Of a stretch of DNA of 54,932 nucleotides, positions 1 to 8,983 are shown piece by piece. The DNA lies in NCBI GenBank assembly GCA_044220955.1, contig JBGAQA010000040.1:1-54932 (forward strand). The letters are read 5' to 3'. A model generated the notes under the pieces. It made no database searches, was not told the origin of the DNA, and saw nothing but the letters and a program-made list of their open reading frames with translations. A program made the position numbers and the translations under genes. The stretch is from Sandaracinaceae bacterium. GTDB lineage: Bacteria > Myxococcota_A > Polyangia > Polyangiales > Sandaracinaceae. Positions within the stretch are counted from its first letter, which is position 1. The number at the start of each line of letters is the position of its first letter.

Positions 1-83
1 CTCTCGCTCTCGCCCTCGCCCTCGCTCTCGCTCTCGCCCTCGCTCTCGCCCTCGCCCTCGCCCTCGCCCTCGCTCTCGCTCTC
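1..83. repeat. Hexanucleotide tandem repeat (CTCGC[C/T])n, running off the left edge
   Basis: 13 full units of CTCGCT/CTCGCC at 3-80, just downstream of the peptidase stop codon (94). Confidence 0.95.
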
Positions 84-93
84 AGTCCCGATG

Positions 94-2382
94 TCAGCGA
101 TACAGCTCGCGCAGGAAGAATTCCGCGATGCGCGACTGCAGGCGCCTGGTGATGATCGGCTCGGGCACCATGTGCGTGAGCCCCGCGAGCGGGAGCATCT
201 CGAACGGCCGATCCGCCCGGAACAGGGCGTCCGTGAGCTTGATCGAGTGCGAGAAGTACACGTTGTCGTCCGCCGTGCCGTGCACCACGAGCATCGGGCG
301 GCGCGTGCCCTCCTCGCGCGCCGCGTACGTGAGCACCGAGCTCACCTGGTAGGGCCCCGCCGTGCCCTCGGCCTCGGGCTGCCCGAGGTAGCGCTCCGTG
401 TAGTGCGTGTCGTAGTCGCGCCACTCGGTCACCGGCGCGCCCGCGACACCCGCGCGGAACACGTCGGGCTCGCGCAGCACCGCCATCGCCGAGAAGTAGC
501 CGCCGAACGACCAGCCGAAGATGCCCACCCGATCCATGTCGAGCTCGGCGTGCGCGGCGCCCAGCGCCCGCAGCGCGGCCACCTGATCCTCGAGCGGCAC
601 CGTGCCGAAGTCGCCGCGGATCGCCCGCTCCCAGTCGCGCCCCCTGCCCGGCGTGCCGCGGCCGTCGAAGCTCACGACGACGAAGCCGTGATCGGCGAAC
701 CACTGCGCGAGCAGCCAGCGCTCGCGCTCGGCCATCACCTGGCGGTGCCCGGGGCCACCGTACACGTTGACCAGCACGGCATAGCGGCGCGCCGGATCGA
801 AGTTGCGCGGACGGATCACGATCGCCCGGAACCCGCGCTCGCCGACCGTCTCGATCGTGGCGCTCGGCGCGAAGGCCGGCTCCTCCGCGTGGCTCTCGAT
901 CGCCGTCGTCGCCGCCGGGTCCGCGGTGCGCCGCAGCGTCGCCGCGCGCGACGAGGTGAGCGAGCGCGCGACGTCGACGAAGAGCGCGCAGGAGCGCGAG
1001 AACGCCGCCTCGTGCGTGCTCGCACCCTCGGTCAGCGCCGCAGGCGCGCCGCCGCCCGTGAGCGGCACCGAGAACACGTGCGCCTCGGTCGGATCCGCGC
1101 TCGCGATGACGTAGACGCGCCCGCCCGCCTCGTCGACGCCCGCGAGCGACGCGTACCCGAAGCCGCTCGCCGGCGTGAGCGCGGTGGGCGCGCTGCCGTC
1201 CATGCTGCGCAGCTCGAGCTGCCACTCGCCGCTCCGTTCGCTCGTCCAGAGGAAGCGCTGGCCGTCGGCGAGGAAACGCGGGGCGTCCTGGTCGAGGTTC
1301 AGCCACGCGTCGTCGTGCTCGCGGAAGATCTCGCGCGTCGTCCCGGTCGTGACGTCCACCGCGAGGAAGAGCTCCGTCTGCTGCGCGCGGTCCTGCACCA
1401 AGATCACGGGCACGCCGCCCGAGGGCCAGCGCACGGTCGCGAGGTAGGGGAAGGCCTCCGCGTCCCACGTCACGTAGCGGAGCGGCGTCGGCCGCGCGCT
1501 CGCCGCGCTCACGAGGCCGAGCCGGACGACCGCGTTCGGGTGCCCCGGCCGAGGATACGGCGGGGCGTCGGGCGTGTTCTCGGGGTGCATCGGGTCGAGG
1601 ATGTGCATCGTCTCGACGCCGCTCGTGTCGGACTCCTCGACCAGCAGCGTCGCGGAGTCGGGCGACCACCAGTAGCCCTCGAAGCGTCCCATCTCCTCCT
1701 GCGCGACGAACTCGGCGCTGCCGTACTCGACGTGCTCGTTCGGTCGCTGCGTCAGGCGACGCTCGACCCCGGACGCGACGTCGATCACGTAGAGGTCGCC
1801 GTCGCGCACGCAGGCGATGGAGCGCCCGTCGGGCGAGAAGCGCGGATCGGTCGGAGAGCCGGCGGCGGAGGTGAGCTCGCGGATGGCGCCGGTCTCGCCG
1901 ACGTGGGCGCGGTCGACGAGGAACAAGCGCCCGGACAGCGGCACGAGGATCGTCGCGCCATCGGGCGAGAGATCGAAGCTCGTGATGCCGCGCGCCGCGA
2001 GACGCATTCGCTCGCGCCGCGCGCGCTCCTCGGGGCTGAGCTCCTCGGTGCCGCCGCCGAGGATCGCGTCGGCCGTGAGCAGCACGCGCTCCTGCCCGCT
2101 CGCGACGTCGAGCGCGTAGAGGTCGTTCACGAACGTGCGCGGCCCCGAGCGGAGGAAGAGGACCGTCTGGTCGTCCGGCGTGATGCGGAACCCGTTCGGA
2201 GCGCCCTGCGCGAATCGATACGTCACGGCGAATTGCTCCAGGAAGTTCGGGTCGGACGCGTCCTCGGGCGCGGTCGTGGTCATCGTGGTCGGTTCCGTGG
2301 TGGAGGCGGGCGGTGCGTCGGACGAGCGCTCGCAGGCGGCGAGCGCCAGGGCGACACAGAGAAAGAGGTATGCCGTGCGCAT
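94..2382 (-). CDS. S9B family dipeptidyl-peptidase IV-like serine peptidase, lipoprotein
   Basis: Start re-set to ATG 2382 (MRTAYLFLCVALALAAC, lipobox). Beta-propeller-type N-terminus (WWSPDS, PRFSPDG), VYGGPG, nucleophile GWSFGG, WRDYDTHYTERYLG, HGTADDNV, and catalytic His in LTHMV. Confidence 0.93.
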   Translation of the reverse strand: MRTAYLFLCVALALAACERSSDAPPASTTEPTTMTTTAPEDASDPNFLEQFAVTYRFAQGAPNGFRITPDDQTVLFLRSGPRTFVNDLYALDVASGQERVLLTADAILGGGTEELSPEERARRERMRLAARGITSFDLSPDGATILVPLSGRLFLVDRAHVGETGAIRELTSAAGSPTDPRFSPDGRSIACVRDGDLYVIDVASGVERRLTQRPNEHVEYGSAEFVAQEEMGRFEGYWWSPDSATLLVEESDTSGVETMHILDPMHPENTPDAPPYPRPGHPNAVVRLGLVSAASARPTPLRYVTWDAEAFPYLATVRWPSGGVPVILVQDRAQQTELFLAVDVTTGTTREIFREHDDAWLNLDQDAPRFLADGQRFLWTSERSGEWQLELRSMDGSAPTALTPASGFGYASLAGVDEAGGRVYVIASADPTEAHVFSVPLTGGGAPAALTEGASTHEAAFSRSCALFVDVARSLTSSRAATLRRTADPAATTAIESHAEEPAFAPSATIETVGERGFRAIVIRPRNFDPARRYAVLVNVYGGPGHRQVMAERERWLLAQWFADHGFVVVSFDGRGTPGRGRDWERAIRGDFGTVPLEDQVAALRALGAAHAELDMDRVGIFGWSFGGYFSAMAVLREPDVFRAGVAGAPVTEWRDYDTHYTERYLGQPEAEGTAGPYQVSSVLTYAAREEGTRRPMLVVHGTADDNVYFSHSIKLTDALFRADRPFEMLPLAGLTHMVPEPIITRRLQSRIAEFFLRELYR

Positions 2383-2485
2383 GGGCGCCGGAGGATCCGG
2401 GGGCTCGGCCGGAGAGTCAACGGGGTCAACCTCACCCCGGGGAGGTGAGAGTGCACCCGACCCAGCGTGCAGCAGATGCTTGCGA

Positions 2486-2497
2486 TAGAATGCATTC
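2486..2497 (+). promoter_or_regulatory. -10 hexamer TAGAAT 6 nt before ATG 2498, overlapped by the perfect palindrome GAATGCATTC
   Basis: TAGAAT at 2486-2491, GAATGCATTC at 2488-2497, no Shine-Dalgarno. Confidence 0.55.
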
Positions 2498-3469
2498 ATG
2501 TCCGTCGACCTCGCACGCATGCTCGAGATGGCTCGCCGCGATCAGTGGCAGATCGATCGGGACCTCGACTGGTCCGTGAAGCCTCGAACGCTCTCGCGCG
2601 CCGACGAGATGGCCATCGTCCAGTACTTCACGGACATGGCGGGGATCGAGCAGCTCGCCGGCGCGCTCTTCGCCGTGCAGCGTGATCTGGCGACGGACCC
2701 GACGCTGCGCGCGATCTTCCAGACCTTCGTGATCGACGAGGAGCGGCACAGCCGCGTGGCGGAGCGCCTCGCCGAGCACTACGACGTCCACCGCTACAAG
2801 CGCTACGAGAGGAACCCGCACCTGGTCGCGTTCGCGCGGCACTTCGTGAAGGCGGCGAAGGAGCTCTCCCCCGACATCGCCAACGCGTACATCACGACGG
2901 GCGAGCTCCTGCTCGACATCGCGCTCCTGCGCTCGATCGACGACTTCGTCGACGACGAGATGAGCCACGCGGCGATGAAGCTCATCAACCGCGACGAGTC
3001 GCGGCACATCGCGGTCGACTACCACATGAGCGAGTACTACGCGTCGCCGCAGTACGACGCGTGGCTCGCCTCGCAGCCGAAGAAGGGACGGCGCGCCCGG
3101 GCGCGGGCGGCGGTCTCGCTCGGCGGCCTGCTCTGGCACGCGCAGCCCTTCTTTCGCGACGTGTTCTTCGGCCCGATGGAGCTGGTCGATCGCGACGGGC
3201 GGCGCCTGCGCGAGGCGTTCAAGCGCATCCAGCTCCTCGGCCTCAAGACCGGCAACCAGCGGCCGTTCGCGAAGTTCCTCCGCGCGATGTTCGACGCGTT
3301 CAACCACCCGCGCTACGGCCGCTTCACCGCGCCCTTGGTCACGCGGGTGATGGGCGTGCCCGAGCGGGTGCTCTCCCACCTCTACACCGACGAGGAGGAG
3401 CGCAACCTCGTCCACGTCAGCTACGAGCAGATGGCCGACGACGCGCTCGCGGCCAAGACGGCGAACTGA
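2498..3469 (+). CDS. Ferritin-like diiron-carboxylate protein (AurF/desaturase-like superfamily)
   Basis: Two E...DExRH half-sites: GIEQLA...DEERH and TGELLL...DESRH. N-terminal QW-x-ID-x-DLDW motif. Confidence 0.8.
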   Translation: MSVDLARMLEMARRDQWQIDRDLDWSVKPRTLSRADEMAIVQYFTDMAGIEQLAGALFAVQRDLATDPTLRAIFQTFVIDEERHSRVAERLAEHYDVHRYKRYERNPHLVAFARHFVKAAKELSPDIANAYITTGELLLDIALLRSIDDFVDDEMSHAAMKLINRDESRHIAVDYHMSEYYASPQYDAWLASQPKKGRRARARAAVSLGGLLWHAQPFFRDVFFGPMELVDRDGRRLREAFKRIQLLGLKTGNQRPFAKFLRAMFDAFNHPRYGRFTAPLVTRVMGVPERVLSHLYTDEEERNLVHVSYEQMADDALAAKTAN

Positions 3470-3479
3470 CGCTCTCCTC

Positions 3480-3500
3480 AGGGGCGCCGGGCGCGCCCCT
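3480..3500. terminator. GC-rich hairpin between convergent genes
   Basis: AGGGGCGC / GCGCCCCT 8-bp stem with 5-nt loop, and a second imperfect stem at about 3508-3535. No U-tract. Confidence 0.35.
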
Positions 3501-3540
3501 CGACGCACCGGCGGAGGCCCTGCGCGCCTCGCCGGGCGCT

Positions 3541-3939
3541 CTACTGGACGCCGACGCCGGGGATGTCCGGCAGCGCCGAGAGCCGCGCCGCGCAGTGGCC
3601 CCCCTGGCAAAGACAGCCGCCGCCGCAGTCGAGGGTGCCGAAGCGGCAGTCGGCGGTGCAGACGCTGTCGCCGCACGCGGGTGCGTGCTCGCGCGCCACG
3701 CACGCCGCGGCGTGACAGCAGGTGGCCGGGACGCAGTCCGCGTCGCTCGCGCACGCGTCGCTGCCGACGACGATGCGCGGCTCCGAGCTCGCCGCCGGGG
3801 GCGGATCGTCCTCTGGGGTCGCCGTCGTGTCCGCGCCCGTCGTCGCGGGCTCGGTCGTGCTGCGGGTCCCGCCGCTCCCGCCGTCGCTGCTCCCGCAGGC
3901 GCAGAGGAGGACGAACGAGAGGAAGAAGGCTGGTTTCAT
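3541..3939 (-). CDS. Small lipoprotein with a C-terminal Cys-rich domain
   Basis: MKPAFFLSFVLLCAC signal/lipobox, GAGGA SD upstream, Thr/Pro linker, then CASDADCVPATCCHAAAC...CTADCRFGTLDCGGGCLCQGGHC. Confidence 0.8.
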   Translation of the reverse strand: MKPAFFLSFVLLCACGSSDGGSGGTRSTTEPATTGADTTATPEDDPPPAASSEPRIVVGSDACASDADCVPATCCHAAACVAREHAPACGDSVCTADCRFGTLDCGGGCLCQGGHCAARLSALPDIPGVGVQ

Positions 3940-4009
3940 GAGGTTCCTCGCGGGATTGGACGCGCGCGAACGGGGGGGATTCACGCGGGAACTTTGTTAC
4001 CATGCGCGC

Positions 4010-5167
4010 GTGTCTTCCGACGTGAACGATCGCGACGACGAGCGGACCGATCCGCACATCGCAGCGCCCAAGAGCCCGCCCGCCTCCGCCGCACCGCCGC
4101 GCGCGGCCGGTCCTCCGCAGCGGCTGATGCCGGCCGCCCCTGCTCCGGGGACGCCCACGACGACCGGGACCGTCCCGCGCATGCCGGCGCGTCCCAGCGA
4201 TCCCGGACTGCGCATCACCGATCCCGCGCGCCCTCCGATCCTGCCCACGCGCACGGCGACTGCGGCGGCGCCACCGCCGAGCGAGCGTGCGTCCGACGTG
4301 CCGCCGACGAGCAGCCTCACCGCCGCGATGCTGATCCCCCGCCCGAGCCAGCCCCCGCCGCTCGCGGGGCGAGCGAGCGATCCGGGCCCGTCGGGGAGCG
4401 GCGATCCGCTCCGAGAGCGGCTGGCGCAGGTCGAGGTGCAGTCCGCGGCGACGCGATCGATCGCCTCGCGCGTCGAGGCGGAGGCGAGCCGGGCGCACGC
4501 ACGGCTCGACGCGATCGATCCGCGGGTCGGCGCGCTCGAGTCGTCGCTGCGCGACCGCGTCGCGCAGCTCGAGGCGTCGCTCGACGCCGCCCGGCGCACG
4601 CTGGAGTCGCGCGTCGAGCAGGTGCTCGCGGGCGCGCGCCCCGCGAGCTCCGAGGAGCCGGCCGACGCGGGCAGCCTGAAGACCGCGCTCGCCACGATGC
4701 GCCACACGCTCGCCGAGCACGAGCGGCTCTTCGAGGCGCGCCGCGCCCGGCTCGAGAGCCTCGACGCGCGCCTCGCGACCGTGGAAGGCGACGCGCGCCT
4801 CGTCGAGCTCCGCCGGGCGACCGAGAGCTTCGATCTGCGCCTCGTGGCGCTCGAGCGCGCGCAGGACGCGCTGCGCGGCGAGGTGGACGCGCGGCTTCGC
4901 GCGATCGAGGCGCGCCTGACCGAGGGCCCTGCCACGACCGGCGCAAAGAAGAGCGCGCCCGCCGAGGCCGAGCTCCGCCGCGTCAAGGGCCTCGGACCGA
5001 AGTACGAGAAGGCCTTGCGAGAGCTGGGGATCACCACGCTCGCCCAGGTCGCGGCGTGGACCGACGAGGACCTCGCCCGCGTGTCCGTCGCCCTCGCGGT
5101 CCCGACGGAGAAGCTGCGCAAGCTCGGCTGGCCCGAGATCGCACGAGCGCTGCTCGCCTCGGAGTGA
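4010..5167 (+). CDS. Pro-rich / coiled-coil protein with a C-terminal helix-hairpin-helix domain
   Basis: GTG 4010 is preceded by TGnTACCAT. Pro-rich N-terminus, long heptad region, C-terminal ELRRVKGLGPKYEKALRELGITTLAQVAAWT (HhH-type). Confidence 0.75.
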   Translation: MSSDVNDRDDERTDPHIAAPKSPPASAAPPRAAGPPQRLMPAAPAPGTPTTTGTVPRMPARPSDPGLRITDPARPPILPTRTATAAAPPPSERASDVPPTSSLTAAMLIPRPSQPPPLAGRASDPGPSGSGDPLRERLAQVEVQSAATRSIASRVEAEASRAHARLDAIDPRVGALESSLRDRVAQLEASLDAARRTLESRVEQVLAGARPASSEEPADAGSLKTALATMRHTLAEHERLFEARRARLESLDARLATVEGDARLVELRRATESFDLRLVALERAQDALRGEVDARLRAIEARLTEGPATTGAKKSAPAEAELRRVKGLGPKYEKALRELGITTLAQVAAWTDEDLARVSVALAVPTEKLRKLGWPEIARALLASE

Positions 5168-5171
5168 CGCC

Positions 5172-6329
5172 GTGAGCGCTCTCGATGCAGACGTCGTGGT
5201 CTGCGGCGCGGGCGCCGCGGGCCTCTCGATCGCGGTACGCCTCGCCCGCCTCCCGCTCACCGTGCGCGTGCTCGACCGGCGGGAGGGCTACGGCCGCGAT
5301 CGCACGTTCTCGTTCTTCCGCGGGCGCTCGCACCCGTTCGAGGACGCCGTCCTGCGTCGATATCGCGCGATCGAGGTCGTGGGTCGCGAGCGCCGCGTGG
5401 CGCGCAACGTCGAGGCCCGCCCCTACGAGACGCTCCCCTCCGACCGCTTCTACGAGACCGCGCTCCAGATCCTCGCGCGCCACGATCGCGTGCGGCTCGA
5501 CCTCGGCGTGGACGTCGGCGAGGTGCGCGACCTCGGCGGGCACGTCGAGATCGAGACCGGCCAGGGTGCGCTGCGGGCCAGGCTGGTGATCGATGCGCGC
5601 GGCGAGCCCCGCACCGCGCATGCCCAGCCCGGAGACGTGCGCTGGGTACAGCACTTCGGCGGCCTCGACGTCGAGGTCGAGCATCCGATCTTCGAGCCCG
5701 CCGTGGCGACGCTCATGGATCTGCGCGTGCCGCAGGGCGAGGGGCCGCACTTCGTGTACGTGCTCCCCGAGACGCCGCGGCGCGCGCTCGTCGAGGACAC
5801 CTACTTCGGGCCGGCGCCCTTCCCGGCCGAGCGCTACGAGGCGGGCGCGCGCGCGTGGCTCGAGGCGCGGGGCGCGGGGGCCGTGCGCGTGCTCCGGGCG
5901 GAGCGGGGTGTGCTCCCGATGACGAGCACCGAGGTGGATCGCGGCCGGGGCCGCGTCCTGCGCGCGGGGCTCGCGGGAGGCGCGGCGAAGCCGAGCACCG
6001 GGTACGCGTTCGCCTTCATCCAGCGCGACGCCGACGCGATCGAGGCCGCGCTCGTGGGCTGGGATCGTGCGCGCGCGCCCTCGTTTCCGCCGCTGCGCAG
6101 CCCCACGGCGCTCTTCTTCGACCGCGTGTTCCTCTCGTACCTCGCGGCGCACCCGGCGGACGCCGAGCGCGTCTTCGTCGGGCTCTTCGCGGGCACGAGC
6201 GGCCCGCAGATCGCGCGCTTCCTCTCCGAGGAAGGGACGGCCGGCGATCACGCCGCCGTGATCGCCGCCGTGCCGCGCCTCGGCGTGCTCGCGCAGGCCT
6301 TCCGCGCGCGCGGTCTCTGGATGCGCTGA
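5172..6329 (+). CDS. crtY: Lycopene cyclase family (CrtY-type) flavoprotein
   Basis: VVVCGAGAAGLS dinucleotide motif, DRTFSFF, LMDLRVPQ, FVYVLP, ALVEDTYF, ERGVLPM, GLAGGAAKPSTGYAF. Confidence 0.8.
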   Translation: MSALDADVVVCGAGAAGLSIAVRLARLPLTVRVLDRREGYGRDRTFSFFRGRSHPFEDAVLRRYRAIEVVGRERRVARNVEARPYETLPSDRFYETALQILARHDRVRLDLGVDVGEVRDLGGHVEIETGQGALRARLVIDARGEPRTAHAQPGDVRWVQHFGGLDVEVEHPIFEPAVATLMDLRVPQGEGPHFVYVLPETPRRALVEDTYFGPAPFPAERYEAGARAWLEARGAGAVRVLRAERGVLPMTSTEVDRGRGRVLRAGLAGGAAKPSTGYAFAFIQRDADAIEAALVGWDRARAPSFPPLRSPTALFFDRVFLSYLAAHPADAERVFVGLFAGTSGPQIARFLSEEGTAGDHAAVIAAVPRLGVLAQAFRARGLWMR

Positions 6330-6392
6330 GCCGCGGCCTCGGAGGCTGCACAGCTTCCCGCGCGAGGTCCGCCCGCTCCGCCCGCCGACGCT

Positions 6393-7565
6393 TCAGCAGG
6401 GCACGCACACGATCGCGCCGTCGAGCAGGATGCGATCGTAGGTCGTGTTCGCGCACGTCGGGAGGCACTCCCACGCGTCGGTCTCGAAGACGTACGTCCA
6501 CGACTGACCCGTCGGGCACGCCGTCGTCGGAGGCCGGCCCGCGCAGCGCGCCTGGCCGCCGAAGAGGCTGCCGTAGTGGATGATCAGGTCGCATGGCGGA
6601 TCGCAGCGCCACGCGCCCGACGCCACGTAGGTAGGGCTCTGCCCCGCCGGGCAGGGCGGCGGCGGCGGCACGCAGACGTCCGCGCCCGTGTTCTCGATCA
6701 CCCGGACCTGGCCGCTCGCGCACGGACCGGGCTCGCACGTCATGGGCATGATCGCGTCGCCGTCGCCGACCGCGATGTAGCTCCCGCCATAGCTCGCGGG
6801 CAGCGTGCGCTCGCGATAGGTCGGCGTCTGTCCGGGCGGGCAGGGTCCGGTCGCGCACGACGGATCGCCGTGGCAGTCGGTGTCGTCGCAGTCCGTCGTG
6901 CCGTCGCAGTCCTCGTCGTTGCCGCCCCAGCACAGCGTCTCGGTCGCGACGCAGCCGGGCGGACAGCCCGCCAGTCCGACGCACTGCGGGTCGTCGCAGT
7001 CGACGCGCGTGTCGCAGTCGTCGTCGCGGCCGTTCGCGCACTCGGCGCCGCCCTCGTCGTTCGAGAGCGGGACGCAGATGCCCCCCGGCTCGTCGATGCG
7101 ACCGTCGCAGTCGTCGTCCTGCCCGTTGGCCGCGATCTCGCGCGCGGGGATGACCTCGCCGTCGCAGTATCCCCACGAGGCGCTCGCGCCCGCCGAGTTG
7201 CAGTGCTGTACGCCTTCGTGGCACGCGCCGACGCCGCGCGCGTCGGGCGGCCCGAGCCAGCACGGCCGCTCGGTGCCCACGGCGCAGTCGCACCCATCGT
7301 CGATCATGCCGTTCGAGTCGTCGTCGAACAGGTTGCCGCAGATCTCCGTGCGCGCCGCGCCGCGGCTCGCCGCATCGAGATCGATCGCCGCGTCGATCGG
7401 CACGCCTGCGTCGTGCGGCGGCGGGCCCACGTCGGCCCCCGATGCGTCGACGCGTCCGCCGTCACGTGCCCCGACGTCGCGGGTGGATCCTCCCAGCGTC
7501 TGGTTGCACCCCGGCGCGAGCACGAGCAGCGAGACGAGCGGCGAGACGAGCAGCGTACGGCGCAT
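6393..7565 (-). CDS. Cys-rich lipoprotein with D(D/E)DCDG metal-binding-type repeats
   Basis: Lipobox LAPGC, DAG linker, EICGNLFDDDSNG, NGQDDDCDGRIDE, DDDCDTRVDCDDPQC, DEDCDGTTDCDDTDC. Confidence 0.8.
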   Translation of the reverse strand: MRRTLLVSPLVSLLVLAPGCNQTLGGSTRDVGARDGGRVDASGADVGPPPHDAGVPIDAAIDLDAASRGAARTEICGNLFDDDSNGMIDDGCDCAVGTERPCWLGPPDARGVGACHEGVQHCNSAGASASWGYCDGEVIPAREIAANGQDDDCDGRIDEPGGICVPLSNDEGGAECANGRDDDCDTRVDCDDPQCVGLAGCPPGCVATETLCWGGNDEDCDGTTDCDDTDCHGDPSCATGPCPPGQTPTYRERTLPASYGGSYIAVGDGDAIMPMTCEPGPCASGQVRVIENTGADVCVPPPPPCPAGQSPTYVASGAWRCDPPCDLIIHYGSLFGGQARCAGRPPTTACPTGQSWTYVFETDAWECLPTCANTTYDRILLDGAIVCVPC

Positions 7566-7583
7566 CGGATCCTCCTGGTGCGT

Positions 7584-8900
7584 TCAGTCGGGCGTGCAGG
7601 TGACGCTGTTGTTGAAGGAGCAGCCTGAGCCGCAGGAGAAATTGCAGGAGTAGCCGGTCGCGTGCCACCCGGCGGGGCACGAGCTGCCGCATGCGGTGAA
7701 GGTTCCGCTGTTCGGAGCGCAGCTGACGCTGTTGCTGAAGCTGCACCCCGAGCCGCACGAGAAGTCGCACGAGTAGGCCTGCGGGTGCCATCCGGCGGGG
7801 CAGCTCGACCCGCACGCGCTGAACGTGCCCGAGTCGACGGCGCACGTGACCGAGTTGCTGAAGCTGCAGCCAGAGCCGCACGAGAAATTGCAGGAGTAGG
7901 CGCTCGGGTGATAGCCGGAGGGACAGCTCGAGCCGCACGCCGTCCAGCTCGCGCCGCAGTCGGGCGTACAGGTGACCGAGTTGCTGAAGCTGCAGCCGGA
8001 GCCGCACGCGAAGTCGCAGGAGTAGGCGCTCGGGTGGTAGCCGGCGGGACAGCTCGAGCCGCAGCGCGACGACGCGGTGCACGTGCACGCGTCGCACGTC
8101 GTCGGCATCGCGCAGGTCGCGCTGCACGTCCGCGCGCGGCACGTGCCGCAACCGCTCGCGCTCGTGGTGCCGGCGGCGCACACCCCCTCCCCCGTGCACG
8201 GGCCGAACGCGCCCCAGCTGCAGCTCGGGCTGCACGTGCGCGACTGCGTTCCGCAGTTGCCGCACGCACGCGTCTCCGTCGCGCCGGCCGCGCACGTGCC
8301 CTCGCCGGTGCACGAGCCGAACGCGCCCCAGCCACAGGTCGCGTCGCACGTGCGGAACTGCATGCCGCAGCGGCCGCACGCGGCCATCTCGGTCGCGCCC
8401 GGCGAGCACGTGCCCGGCTCGCTGCCGCACGCGTGGCAGCTCCCGGCGCGACAGGTGAGCGTGCCGGTGCACGGGCGCGCGCCGGGACAGCACCCCTGGC
8501 CCGCGCCTCCGCACGCGGCGCAGGTGCCGCCGCCGCACGTGAGGCCCGAGTTGCATCCGTCGCCCGCGCAGCACGGCTCGCCGTCGCGGCCGCACGTGTG
8601 GCAGGTACCGCCGACGCAGACGAGAATGCCGGTGCACGCGGGGCCCCCCGTCGCGCAGCACGCCGCGCCGGCGGCACCACAGCCGCCCGGGCCCGAGTCG
8701 TTGCCGGGCGCATCGGCACCGGGCGCGTCGCTGCCGGGCGCATCACGCCCCGGCGCGTCGATCGGGGGCGCGTCGACCCGCGCGTCGGTCGACGTGCCGC
8801 CATCGCCGCCGCGGCGAATCACCTGATCGCCCTGCGCACAGCCCGCCACGCACGCCGCGAGCGCGTACGCGAGCGACCCACACGCGAGGCCCCGCAGCAC
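7584..8900 (-). CDS. Cys-rich lipoprotein with four C-terminal ~40-aa tandem repeats
   Basis: Start GTG 8900 (TATGCT 7 nt upstream; ATG 8912 is the alternative). Lipobox VAGC, DAPG linker, CG-x-x-G-x-x-CC repeats, WGAFGxC repeats, then 4x CGSSCP-x-G[YW]H-xxx-YSC-x-F-x-CGSGCSF-x-NSV-x-C. Confidence 0.8.
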   Translation of the reverse strand: MLRGLACGSLAYALAACVAGCAQGDQVIRRGGDGGTSTDARVDAPPIDAPGRDAPGSDAPGADAPGNDSGPGGCGAAGAACCATGGPACTGILVCVGGTCHTCGRDGEPCCAGDGCNSGLTCGGGTCAACGGAGQGCCPGARPCTGTLTCRAGSCHACGSEPGTCSPGATEMAACGRCGMQFRTCDATCGWGAFGSCTGEGTCAAGATETRACGNCGTQSRTCSPSCSWGAFGPCTGEGVCAAGTTSASGCGTCRARTCSATCAMPTTCDACTCTASSRCGSSCPAGYHPSAYSCDFACGSGCSFSNSVTCTPDCGASWTACGSSCPSGYHPSAYSCNFSCGSGCSFSNSVTCAVDSGTFSACGSSCPAGWHPQAYSCDFSCGSGCSFSNSVSCAPNSGTFTACGSSCPAGWHATGYSCNFSCGSGCSFNNSVTCTPD

Positions 8901-8983
8901 GTGCACGAGCATATCAAGGAACGGCCGGTCGCATCGCCGCGCTTCGAGACCGGCCGCGGATCGTCGTCTCCGACACCGAACGC

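Noticed and set aside
91..2448. Long ORFs antisense to or overlapping real genes (e.g. 91-2448+, 2432-5260-, 15780-19334+, 23179-26235-, 36206-40099-, 40732-43704-)
   Set aside because: Arg/Ala/Gly-rich, motif-free shadow frames expected in very high-GC DNA. The opposite or alternative frame carries recognisable family motifs.
7587..8070. Near-identical repeats as a diversity-generating retroelement TR/VR pair
   Set aside because: All copies are in-frame within one gene, the differences are not adenine-specific, and no reverse transcriptase is present.
8922..8956. CGGCCGGTC/GACCGGCCG inverted repeat as a riboswitch or ncRNA
   Set aside because: It is a single hairpin with no recognisable aptamer consensus, most simply a terminator or stability hairpin after the 8984-10858 gene.
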